Assembly (NCBI GenBank): GCA_022571255.1
Contig: JACZYD010000002.1
Location: forward strand, 7,010-71,009
Origin: Bacteroidota bacterium
Lineage (GTDB): Bacteria; Bacteroidota; Rhodothermia; Rhodothermales; UBA10348
Length of the DNA: 64,000 nt
Direction: 5' to 3'
Both the position numbers and the translations under genes were made by a program. Below the pieces are notes generated by a model. It did not search any database and had not been told where the DNA came from. It saw nothing but the letters and a program-made list of their open reading frames with translations. Below are positions 55,933 to 63,695 of the stretch, in pieces. Positions within the stretch are counted from its first letter, which is position 1. Each line of letters opens with the position of its first letter.

Positions 55933-57150
55933 ATGAGACTCTCAAATTCGGTCAGAAGTAATCATTTTTCGTTTTTGAACGATCAGTCAAAAACTATGGT
56001 CTTCCTGCTTTTTATGACCTCAGTCTCTTTCTCGGCAGGGTTTTGCCAGGATAAGCCCCGCGCCCGCGACCTGGGTGTACCGTTCAGGGGTGAGACCGGT
56101 CGGTGGAATGCGATTACCGACGTTCAAGGGGTTGAGGTCGGATTCTCAACGATCATCCGAGGCGAAGGAGCGCTGAGAGTCGGAGAAGGCCCTGTTCGTA
56201 CGGGAGTGACGGCGGTCCTCCCCCGGGGGCGCACAAACGACCCCGTTTTCGCCGCCTGGTATACACTCAACGGCAACGGCGAAATGACCGGTACGACGTG
56301 GATAAGGGAATCCGGCTTTCTCGAAACACCGTTTCTGATCACCAATACGTTCAGCGTTGGCGTGGTCCGAGACGCCACTGTTGCATGGATGGCCCGGGAG
56401 TGGTATCAGGATACCCCGTTCTGGTACACCTACCCCGTCGTTGCAGAAACCTATGATGGATTCCTGAACGACATTGTTGGACAGCACGTGACCGGTGATC
56501 ATACATTTGAAGCGCTGGATAGCGCAAAACCGGGCCCGGTGGCCGAAGGCAACATTGGCGGCGGCACGGGGATGATGTGCCACAGATTCAAGTGCGGTAC
56601 GGGTACGTCGTCGCGAGTCTTCGAGATCGGAGCTGAAACGTATACAGTAGGTGTTTTAGTGCAGGCGAATTATGGCGGACGATCGAATCTGAGTATTGCA
56701 GGTGCTCCGGTTGGGGAAGAAATCTCCGATTTGATGCCGGAATATCAACCCGACACAGAAGCAAACGGAAGGGGCTCCATCATTGTCGTTGTCGCGACTG
56801 ACGCTCCTCTGGTTGCACATCAGTTGCAGCGTGTCGTTCAGCGTGTTCCTCTGGGAATCGGCCGCATGGGTGGCCAGGGAGGCAACGGATCAGGGGATAT
56901 TTTCCTGGCATTCTCAACTGCCAATCCGGGCGCTCACGGACGCCGGGGTATTCAGTCGCTGGAGATGCTTCCCAATGACCAGATCGGACGCATCTTCGAT
57001 GCCACAATAAGCGCCACGGAAGAAGCCATCGTCAACGCCATGCTCGCCGCCGAAACGATGATCGGCGTGGACGGCAACACGGCGCACGCCATTCCACACG
57101 ACCGACTGATCGCAGCATTGCGCAAATACAACCGGTATAGCGGTAAATGA
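55933..57150 (+). CDS. DmpA/P1 (S58) family aminopeptidase
   Basis: ARDLGVPFRGETGRWNAITDVQGVEVG, GVTAVLP and GGGTGMMCHRFKCGTGTSS (self-processing site region). The start is ambiguous (55897, 55933 or 55996). Confidence 0.85.
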   Translation: MRLSNSVRSNHFSFLNDQSKTMVFLLFMTSVSFSAGFCQDKPRARDLGVPFRGETGRWNAITDVQGVEVGFSTIIRGEGALRVGEGPVRTGVTAVLPRGRTNDPVFAAWYTLNGNGEMTGTTWIRESGFLETPFLITNTFSVGVVRDATVAWMAREWYQDTPFWYTYPVVAETYDGFLNDIVGQHVTGDHTFEALDSAKPGPVAEGNIGGGTGMMCHRFKCGTGTSSRVFEIGAETYTVGVLVQANYGGRSNLSIAGAPVGEEISDLMPEYQPDTEANGRGSIIVVVATDAPLVAHQLQRVVQRVPLGIGRMGGQGGNGSGDIFLAFSTANPGAHGRRGIQSLEMLPNDQIGRIFDATISATEEAIVNAMLAAETMIGVDGNTAHAIPHDRLIAALRKYNRYSGK

Positions 57151-57172
57151 CAACAACAAAGGAAAGCCAAGA

Positions 57173-57751
57173 ATGATATTATTTACTCGGGTGCCCGCCT
57201 CTGTTCTGGCGCGAGCTACAGTTTTGGCGCGAGCTACTGTTCTGGCGCGAGCTACTGTTTCAGCGCTGGCATTACTCACGCTCGCGGCAGCTCTCCATGC
57301 GAGTACAGCCCAGGCTCAGGGCATCGAAGATCAGGACACCGAAGAGCAGGCTGTTTTGAACGCCGTGAACGGATTTTTCAAAGCCATGACCGAAAAAGAT
57401 GCGGAGCTGGCCCGTGAGGTAGTGCGAGAAGACGGCTTCATGTACAGCGTTCGGCTGGATGAATCTGGTGACGACGGAGGATCCGCGTTTCTCAATTCAT
57501 TCGCCAATTTTATCGATGGCCTTGAGAATGGAGATCGGCGCCTGGTGGAAACGATGTACAAACCCACCGTGTTGATCCGTGGACCGATCGCCATGGTCTG
57601 GGCTGCGTACGACTTCTATATCGATCAGGAATTTTCGCATTGCGGGATCGATATATTCACGCTGATAAAGTCGGGCGGAAGTTGGAAACTTGCCGGTGCC
57701 GTATACACTATCGAAAAAACAGAATGTGAAAACGTAAAAAGTGGTTTTTAG
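57173..57751 (+). CDS. NTF2-like (SnoaL/DUF4440-type) secreted protein with an 18-bp repeat in its signal peptide
   Basis: Body: VLNAVNGFFKAMTEKDAELAREVV...HCGIDIFTLIKSGGSWKLAGAVYTIE. The N-terminus VLARAT x3 is encoded by the 18-bp tandem repeat at 57203-57256. Confidence 0.65.
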   Translation: MILFTRVPASVLARATVLARATVLARATVSALALLTLAAALHASTAQAQGIEDQDTEEQAVLNAVNGFFKAMTEKDAELAREVVREDGFMYSVRLDESGDDGGSAFLNSFANFIDGLENGDRRLVETMYKPTVLIRGPIAMVWAAYDFYIDQEFSHCGIDIFTLIKSGGSWKLAGAVYTIEKTECENVKSGF

Positions 57752-57817
57752 GCAAAATGGTTTCTAAACAAAAATGGTTTTAGACAAAAATGTTTTTAGA
57801 CAAAAGTGGTTTCTGAG
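57741..57817. repeat. roughly 17-bp tandem repeat, about 4.5 copies, filling an entire intergenic spacer
   Basis: tggttt(t/c)ta(g/a)(g/a)caaaa(a/t) units run from the last codons and TAG stop (57749-57751) of the NTF2-like gene to 3 nt before the ATG at 57820. Confidence 0.85.
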
Positions 57818-57819
57818 TC

Positions 57820-58476
57820 ATGGGAAACAAGAAAGTGCTCCGCTTCGAAGGCAAGGAAGCAGACGTGTCGTGGGATGGCCGCCTCTGTATTCATATGGAA
57901 GAATGCTGGCGCGACAAAAGCGACCTTTTTGAACTGGGTCGCCGGCCATTCGGACAGCCCGACCTGGTGTCTGTAGATCATATTCTCGAAGTTGCGCAGC
58001 GCTGCCCGAGCGGTGCGATTGTATTTCTACCGCACGGCGACGTTCAAAGCGAAACGGCAGATCTGGAAAACACGGTACGAGTGGCACCGGATGGACCACT
58101 CTATTTTACCGGTGAGCTTGATATTGATGGCGCCGAGGATGATATGGGTGGCGTCGTCTTCCGGGCAGCTCTGTGCCGGTGTGGATTGTCAAAAAATAAA
58201 CCGTTCTGCGACGGCAGCCACAGCGAGGGAGGATTCAAGGATACGGGAGCGGTCGGGCAGACAGGCCAGCAGAACAACGATAACGGAGGCCTGCTCACAG
58301 TAACGGCGGCGAAAGATGGCCCTCTCCTGATCAATGGAAACTTTACCATTCATTCCGGGGCGGGTCGGGCGACATGGTCCGGTACCAAAGCCGCTCTGTG
58401 CCGTTGCGGCCAGTCAAAAAACAAACCCTTCTGCGACGGCAGCCACCGGGAGGCGGGTTTCACATCAGACGATTGA
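57820..58476 (+). CDS. iron-sulfur protein: N-terminal divergent ferredoxin-like module plus two CDGSH domains
   Basis: The N-terminal module has only 2-3 Cys (residues near 23, 29 and 62: DGRLCIHMEECW..., ...AQRCPSGAI), fewer than the four needed for a canonical 4Fe-4S site, so its cluster-binding status is unclear. Two CDGSH motifs follow: CRCGLSKNKPFCDGSH and CRCGQSKNKPFCDGSH. Confidence 0.85.
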   Translation: MGNKKVLRFEGKEADVSWDGRLCIHMEECWRDKSDLFELGRRPFGQPDLVSVDHILEVAQRCPSGAIVFLPHGDVQSETADLENTVRVAPDGPLYFTGELDIDGAEDDMGGVVFRAALCRCGLSKNKPFCDGSHSEGGFKDTGAVGQTGQQNNDNGGLLTVTAAKDGPLLINGNFTIHSGAGRATWSGTKAALCRCGQSKNKPFCDGSHREAGFTSDD

Positions 58477-58498
58477 AGTCGTATCACACTTGCAGTGC

Positions 58499-59011
58499 AT
58501 GTCTTACCACGAACAAATCACGGATAATCAGGCCCGTCTCATTCGAGTATCGGACCTCTTTTTCGTAGCCAGTGCGGATCCTGAGCTGGTCGATGGTCCA
58601 CACGATGTCGGTCCGGTCAACATTTCACCCAAAGGATCGACCAAGCTTCATATTATCGACCAGAATCACGTCGCGTATCTGGATTTTGGTGGAAGCGGAG
58701 ACGAAACGGGTCGTCATGCCCGGTTGGGTGGACCGGTGACCGTGATGGTCTGTTCGTTCGAAGAGGATGAGGCCGCTATTGTTCGGCTTTACGGATACGG
58801 CAAGATCTTACCTGTTGATGACCCTTCGCTTTCAGAATCATTTCGTGAGGAAATTGGCGGGGAGCTCATCATGCGCCCGCGACGGGTGATTGTGGTCCAT
58901 GTCGCTCGAACACAAACGAGTTGCGGGTATGGATTACCGGTGATGAAAAAGATCAGAGAGCGCAGGAAAGAAGATCGAGGAAGAAACTATTGGGAACACA
59001 AAGACAAATAG
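58499..59011 (+). CDS. pyridoxamine 5'-phosphate oxidase-like (FMN-binding split barrel) protein
   Basis: The ATG at 58499 gives MSYHEQITDNQARLIRVSDLFFVASAD...PVNISPKG...VAYLDFGGSGDET..., typical of the PNPOx-related family. Confidence 0.65.
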   Translation: MSYHEQITDNQARLIRVSDLFFVASADPELVDGPHDVGPVNISPKGSTKLHIIDQNHVAYLDFGGSGDETGRHARLGGPVTVMVCSFEEDEAAIVRLYGYGKILPVDDPSLSESFREEIGGELIMRPRRVIVVHVARTQTSCGYGLPVMKKIRERRKEDRGRNYWEHKDK

Positions 59012-59019
59012 AACCACTC

Positions 59020-59919
59020 ATGAAAAGAACGAAATTGTTCACCGTGGTCGCAGCAGCCATGCTTCTTGGAGCTTCGGCCATCTGGATACCGGCCGCCGCA
59101 CAGGAAGGACCGAAAATATTCATCTCCGTCGATATGGAAGGAATTGGCGGCATCGGTACGTCAAAAATGACGTCGAGCAGTGGGAAGGACTACGCCAGAG
59201 GACGCGTTTTGATGACCGCCGAGGTGAACGCAGTCGTGGAAGCGATCTTTTCCGCAGGTGACGCCGAAATCCTGGTCAATGATTCTCACGGTGACATGCA
59301 GAACCTGCTTCATACGGAACTCGATCCACGCGTGACTTATATCCAGGGTAATATCAAACCGCTCGGCATGGTTCAGGGGCTCGACGCCTCTTTTGATGCA
59401 GCCATTTTTATTGGATATCACGCCCGCGCCGGGACCGAAAATGCGTTTCTGGCGCATACCGGCTCCGGTTCTGTCAAAGGATTGTGGCTCAATGGCACCG
59501 AGGTTGGGGAAGGAGGACTGAATGCAACGTTCGCCGGTGCGCTCGGCGTACCGGTCATCATGGCATCGGGTGATGCAACGTTTGCCAGGCAATTCAGCGA
59601 ATTGACAGGAACCCGGACCGTCGCCACGAAAACAGCCATCGGAAATCAGGTCGCCGAGCTGATTCACCCGTCCCGGGTCCTGGAAATGCTACGAACTGCG
59701 ACCGTCGAAGCCCTTCAGAACCTGGACTCAGTGGGCGTCTATTCGACCACGAGACCGGTCACCGTGCGTATGCGGTTTTCGTCCACCACGCGGGCCGATA
59801 TTGTTCAGGCGATACCCGGGATGCAGCGCATCGATGGCTATACGGTTGAAATCGACGTTAAGACCATGAACGAGGCCTATCCACTCATCCGTCTGATGTA
59901 CAAATACGTCAGTTGGTAG
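59020..59919 (+). CDS. M55 family D-aminopeptidase (DppA-like) with signal peptide
   Basis: The ATG at 59020 gives signal MKRTKLFTVVAAAMLLGASAIWIPAAAQ. Motifs: KIFISVDMEGIGGI, VNDSHGDM and FIGYHARAG. Confidence 0.85.
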   Translation: MKRTKLFTVVAAAMLLGASAIWIPAAAQEGPKIFISVDMEGIGGIGTSKMTSSSGKDYARGRVLMTAEVNAVVEAIFSAGDAEILVNDSHGDMQNLLHTELDPRVTYIQGNIKPLGMVQGLDASFDAAIFIGYHARAGTENAFLAHTGSGSVKGLWLNGTEVGEGGLNATFAGALGVPVIMASGDATFARQFSELTGTRTVATKTAIGNQVAELIHPSRVLEMLRTATVEALQNLDSVGVYSTTRPVTVRMRFSSTTRADIVQAIPGMQRIDGYTVEIDVKTMNEAYPLIRLMYKYVSW

Positions 59920-60496
59920 GCGGAATAATCATGATGTGGGCCCGAAACGAACCGCTGTTCATCAACCAGGGAGCACCCGGTACGCCCGGATTTTCGGACA
60001 GACCCGTTGACTCGGCCGTTGCATACGCGATATAGATCACATATCGGAGCGATGTAGAGTCGGCAGTAGCGGTTTCGGGGTCATAGGCTCCTTCCGACCC
60101 GGAGCGAACATATAGCGTTCGAGCTTCGGACGGCCACGAGAGGCTGCCGTCTTCGACTTCGGCCGCGCGGGTTGACAGGTTTTCTGAAAATCCCACACCC
60201 GCCTCTCGCAATTCCCTGCCCCGAGCCATGTAGGCTTCGAGGTCACTGTGATAACAGGCGACACTGAACCCTTCATTCTCAGGATTATCAGCCAGGCAAA
60301 CAAATTCGTTGCTTCCGGCCCGCAGCTCGACGACGTGGCCCGGGCGATCATATCCGAGAACGCGAGCCTCAGCTCTTGCTTCCTCAGGAGCCGCGAGCAC
60401 CGCTGCACCGATCTGATCCTCGACTGACGGAACCTGGGCCGTCGAACAGGAGGCAAATACAAATACAAAAAAACAGAATGGAAGACGCTTGAACAT
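59909..60496 (-). CDS. hypothetical lipoprotein
   Basis: The ATG at 60496 gives MFKRLPFCFFVFVFASCS (lipobox). No family recognised. The 60610 start in the track adds a non-signal extension. Confidence 0.5.
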   Translation of the reverse strand: MFKRLPFCFFVFVFASCSTAQVPSVEDQIGAAVLAAPEEARAEARVLGYDRPGHVVELRAGSNEFVCLADNPENEGFSVACYHSDLEAYMARGRELREAGVGFSENLSTRAAEVEDGSLSWPSEARTLYVRSGSEGAYDPETATADSTSLRYVIYIAYATAESTGLSENPGVPGAPWLMNSGSFRAHIMIIPPTN

Positions 60497-60640
60497 GATC
60501 ATTTTGGCTTGGACCATCGAGGATTGGACAGGCAATGGTGGCATTGCTATACTGCGTGTAAGTATTGAATCTAAGAATCTCCACCGTTGTTCGCCACTTT
60601 TGGTTGTCACAACTCTTCACCATAATAAAACACGCAGTAC

Positions 60641-61315
60641 ATGCCTCCTTTTTCAAAAACCCCGTTGAACATAGTCAGGCGTGTTGCCGAGCGTGGCGAA
60701 TACGATCGAAAGGCGATTTATGAAATCGTAGACGACGCACTTTTGTGTCATGTGGGGTTTGTGGCGGATGCTCAACCATTCGTCATTTCCTCGTTCCACA
60801 GCAGAAGCCGGCATACGATATTATTGCACGGTGCGAAAGCGAGTCGGCTGCTGAAACATGTGAAAGAAGGGCATCCGGTGTGTATTACCTGTACCCATCT
60901 CAACGGTCTTGTCATGGCGCGATCCGTATTTCATCATTCCATGAACTACCGATCCGCCGTACTTTTTGGCCATGGTCACGCCATCGAAGATGAGGACGAA
61001 AAAATGCACGCTTTCCAGGTACTCACAGACCACATCATGCCGGGGCGGTGGAAGGAGGCGCGTCATCCGAACGCAAAAGAAATGAACGCCACGACACTGG
61101 TCCGTGTATCGATAGATTCAGCCTCGGCAAAAACGCGATCGGGACCCGTCGGGGACGACGAAGAAGATTATATGCTTCCCGTCTGGGCGGGCGTGCTGCC
61201 CGTCGAACGCAGATTTCTGGATCCTCAAGAGGATGCACGGTTGGCATCTGGTGTTGACGTGCCGGAGTATATTCGCTCCTACCACCGCGGTAAAAGAAAC
61301 GAAGTCGGGGCGTGA
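60641..61315 (+). CDS. pyridoxamine 5'-phosphate oxidase family (Pyridox_ox_2-like) flavoprotein
   Basis: RRVAERGEYDRKAIYEIVDDALLCHVGF...FHHSMNYRSAVLFGHG...MPGRW matches the family pattern. Confidence 0.75.
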   Translation: MPPFSKTPLNIVRRVAERGEYDRKAIYEIVDDALLCHVGFVADAQPFVISSFHSRSRHTILLHGAKASRLLKHVKEGHPVCITCTHLNGLVMARSVFHHSMNYRSAVLFGHGHAIEDEDEKMHAFQVLTDHIMPGRWKEARHPNAKEMNATTLVRVSIDSASAKTRSGPVGDDEEDYMLPVWAGVLPVERRFLDPQEDARLASGVDVPEYIRSYHRGKRNEVGA

Positions 61316-62091
61316 TGCCAGACCTCCTCACCATAGAGTATGCGCGAAATGCGATTCTGGCATTTTCACTGTCCGGCATGGTTCTGGCTTATGTTTCTGG
61401 GGGTATGCATAAAAATGAGCGCCTCCCGGCGGGATTATTCGTGGGCCAGATTGGCGCACTTGGTCTGGTCGCGGGTTCGGTCACAGGGCTTATGCTGCCG
61501 GTCGTGACCGCAGCGGCCGCGCTCGCTGGAGTCGTCGTCGTATTGCTGATCAGTCGTTTTCTGTTTTCGGGAAAGACGGATACCTCAAGGCGTGTGTTTT
61601 TTCAGATCGGCTTTTTTCTCGCCGCTTCCGTTTCAGTTGTGATCGTCTCAAAGACCAGCTTCGCCCGGCCCCGCGTCGAAGAGCTCATGTTCGGGCGAAT
61701 GTTTACCGTCTCTGTGCAGGAAATCATGCTTCTGCTCGGCGTCGCAATAAGTGTTTTCGCAGCAACTATTGTGCTGCGGCGATTATGGCCGAACACGCAC
61801 TCTGTTCCAGTCCTGCTGGCCCTCTGCGCAGGGCCCATCATTCCGCTGCTGGGCGTAATACCATTCGCGGCCCTCTTTGTCCTTTTGCCTGAGGTACAGA
61901 ATCAGGCACACTCATCGCCTGTGAAGGAAATGCTTGCCGCGGTAGCACATGTTGTGATCGCTGCAATTGCTGGCGTTTATTTTTCTTTGAAATACGGCCT
62001 CGCGGGCGCTCCGACCGTCACAGTTGGCCTCGCCCTGATCGCTTCTCTGCGCTACGTCGTATCGAGGAAGAGTCGGGTTGAGTCACGCTGA
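61312..62091 (+). CDS. orphan ABC-3 (ZnuB/MntB-like) permease homolog
   Basis: About 7-8 TM helices. VEELMFGRMFTVSVQEIMLLLGVAISVFAATIVLRRLW resembles the ABC-3 LFGDLL...E segment. No cognate ATPase or SBP is adjacent. The start overlaps the upstream stop. Confidence 0.45.
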   Translation: MMPDLLTIEYARNAILAFSLSGMVLAYVSGGMHKNERLPAGLFVGQIGALGLVAGSVTGLMLPVVTAAAALAGVVVVLLISRFLFSGKTDTSRRVFFQIGFFLAASVSVVIVSKTSFARPRVEELMFGRMFTVSVQEIMLLLGVAISVFAATIVLRRLWPNTHSVPVLLALCAGPIIPLLGVIPFAALFVLLPEVQNQAHSSPVKEMLAAVAHVVIAAIAGVYFSLKYGLAGAPTVTVGLALIASLRYVVSRKSRVESR

Positions 62092-62652
62092 ATCCGAGCC
62101 GGCCCGAGTCTGTGTACTGAATTCCGGTCCGAGTGTTAACTGACGACTCTCCAGATCCAGCAGGCGCCGTTTTCTCCACAATCCACCGCCATAACCGGTG
62201 AGCGATCCGTTCTTACCGATTACCCGGTGGCATGGGATAAGAATTGCCAATCGGTTGTGCCCGTTAGCGTTGGCCACTGCCCTCACCGCGGTTGGTTTCC
62301 TGATGGCAACCGCGAGATCTGCGTAACTGACGGTTTCGCCATAGGGAATCTTCAAGAGCTCTGCCCAGACCGTTTCCTGAAACGGAGTTCCACTTGTTTC
62401 GAATGGGATGGAAAAAGAATTTAATTTTCCCGAGAAATACGTGACGAGTTCGCTTGATGTGTGCTTCAGAACCTGATTTATGCCCGGCACCAACGTGGCG
62501 CCGGTGTATTTCTGAATGCGCTCAAGCTGACGCTCAAGCATCCGGCGGTCCACAAATTCGAGCAGCAGCAACTTTTCGTCCGACGCACAGGCAATCATTT
62601 GCCCGAGGGGTGTTGAAATCCGATTGACGGTGAGCGTCGGAACAGCGTCCAT
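62083..62652 (-). CDS. ogt: methylated-DNA--protein-cysteine methyltransferase
   Basis: Active site IPCHRVIGKNGSLTGYGGG, with YGETVSYADLA and NANGHNRLAILIP. Confidence 0.9.
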   Translation of the reverse strand: MDAVPTLTVNRISTPLGQMIACASDEKLLLLEFVDRRMLERQLERIQKYTGATLVPGINQVLKHTSSELVTYFSGKLNSFSIPFETSGTPFQETVWAELLKIPYGETVSYADLAVAIRKPTAVRAVANANGHNRLAILIPCHRVIGKNGSLTGYGGGLWRKRRLLDLESRQLTLGPEFSTQTRAGSDSA

Positions 62653-62764
62653 TTCAGACGGCGAGGAACTGCGCCCCCTTCTTCGTAGCAGAGACAGGAC
62701 TAAGAATATAACCTGATTGCAGGATCAGGATCGGTAACTTTCCATAATACACAAAAGAGATATT

Positions 62765-62956
62765 ATGGGAAAGAGAAAGCATTTCAGCGAAACATTCAAG
62801 TTTAACCTGGTCCGCGAGGCCCTCACGGGCGAGCGCACCGAAGCCGAGATTGCCCGCGAGCACGGGGTCTATCCGGTAACACTCTCCAAATGGAAAGCAA
62901 AGTTTCTTGAGAACGGAGGCACGGTCTGTATCCCGCAAAAAGAGCCGCTTGTGTAG
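62765..62956 (+). mobile_element. IS3-family transposase orfA fragment (HTH_Tnp_1 N-terminus only)
   Basis: MGKRKHFSETFKFNLVREALTGERTEAEIAREHGVYPVTLSKWKAKFLENG matches the IS3/IS911 OrfA N-terminus. Similarity ends about 62912, where the sequence becomes antisense of the Ada remnant. There is no orfB, no frameshift window and no recognisable IRs. Confidence 0.6.
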
Positions 62957-63125
62957 ATGCGAAAAACTCTATGTTCTTTTCAAGTGGCTTCCTCGCCGAA
63001 CACGCCGGTCTGAAAAATATGCCCGTTGTGCGCACACCGGTAAAAAATACGCCGTCAAAAGAGGCATCCCTGTTCTGGAATGCGTTCAGCATGGTTTCAT
63101 AAGTCGGTAATTGAAGAGTCTCCAT
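62900..63125 (-). pseudogene. ada: Ada N-terminal (Zn-binding methylphosphotriester repair) domain remnant
   Basis: From the ATG at 63125: METLQLPTYETMLNAFQNRDASFDGVFFTGVRTTGIFFRPACSARKPLEKNIEFFASTQAALFAGYRPCLRSQE. Two of the four Zn cysteines are replaced (FFRPAC for YCRPSC, and CLRS for CxxC). No AraC-type HTH follows. Confidence 0.55.
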
Positions 63126-63280
63126 GCATGGAATGTACCTTGCGTCTACCCGATTCTCTACCGAAAACTTCAGAGTGAATTTCCAGCCTGAAAAACGCGT
63201 GAGTAACAACGCAGCAACTCCTGCTCGCAGAAACGAGTCGAGACCACGGAAGACACATCGGGCAGAAAGTGGCGGCGCTC

Positions 63281-63424
63281 GCCGGGGTGAACGCGCTCTG
63301 CTGCGCCGGGGTGAACGCGCTCTGCTGCGCCGGGGTGAACACGCTCTGCTGGCCCGGGGTGAACACGCTCTGCTGGCCCGGGGTGAACACGCTCCGCTGG
63401 CCCGGGGTGAACACGCTCTGCTGG
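63281..63424. repeat. 24-bp tandem repeat, 6 copies in two subtypes
   Basis: gccggggtgaacgcgctctgctgc occurs twice, then (g/c)ccggggtgaacacgct(c/t)(t/c)gctgg four times. The array generates the periodic peptides seen in three ORF-track entries. Confidence 0.95.
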
Positions 63425-63695
63425 TCGAAGCGTTAATGGCGGCCATTACGACGGTGATCATGCGTCTCGTTTGTACCGCAGATCATGTACGTCAGAATCA
63501 AAATCGTCTACTGCCAAGCAGTCTGTATGGACCTGTTACGGCTCATATTTTTGTTGTATCGTTGATATATCGTATCGCTATTAATCGTCCTGTTTCTGAT
63601 CGTCCTGTTTCTAATCATCTCGTCACACACGGCTCCGTTCGAACCACGGATATTCAAGGGCATCCCAATCCCATACCCCTTTCACTGAATGTTCA

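Noticed and set aside
63630-63652. A GTTCGAACC string resembling a tRNA T-loop, and in general a search of intergenic regions for tRNA, rRNA or known riboswitch signatures.
   Set aside because: There is no flanking T-stem complementarity, acceptor stem or anticodon arm. None of the intergenic regions I read shows a cloverleaf or a conserved riboswitch core that I can recognise. A covariance-model scan (tRNAscan-SE or Infernal) would be needed to exclude ncRNAs.
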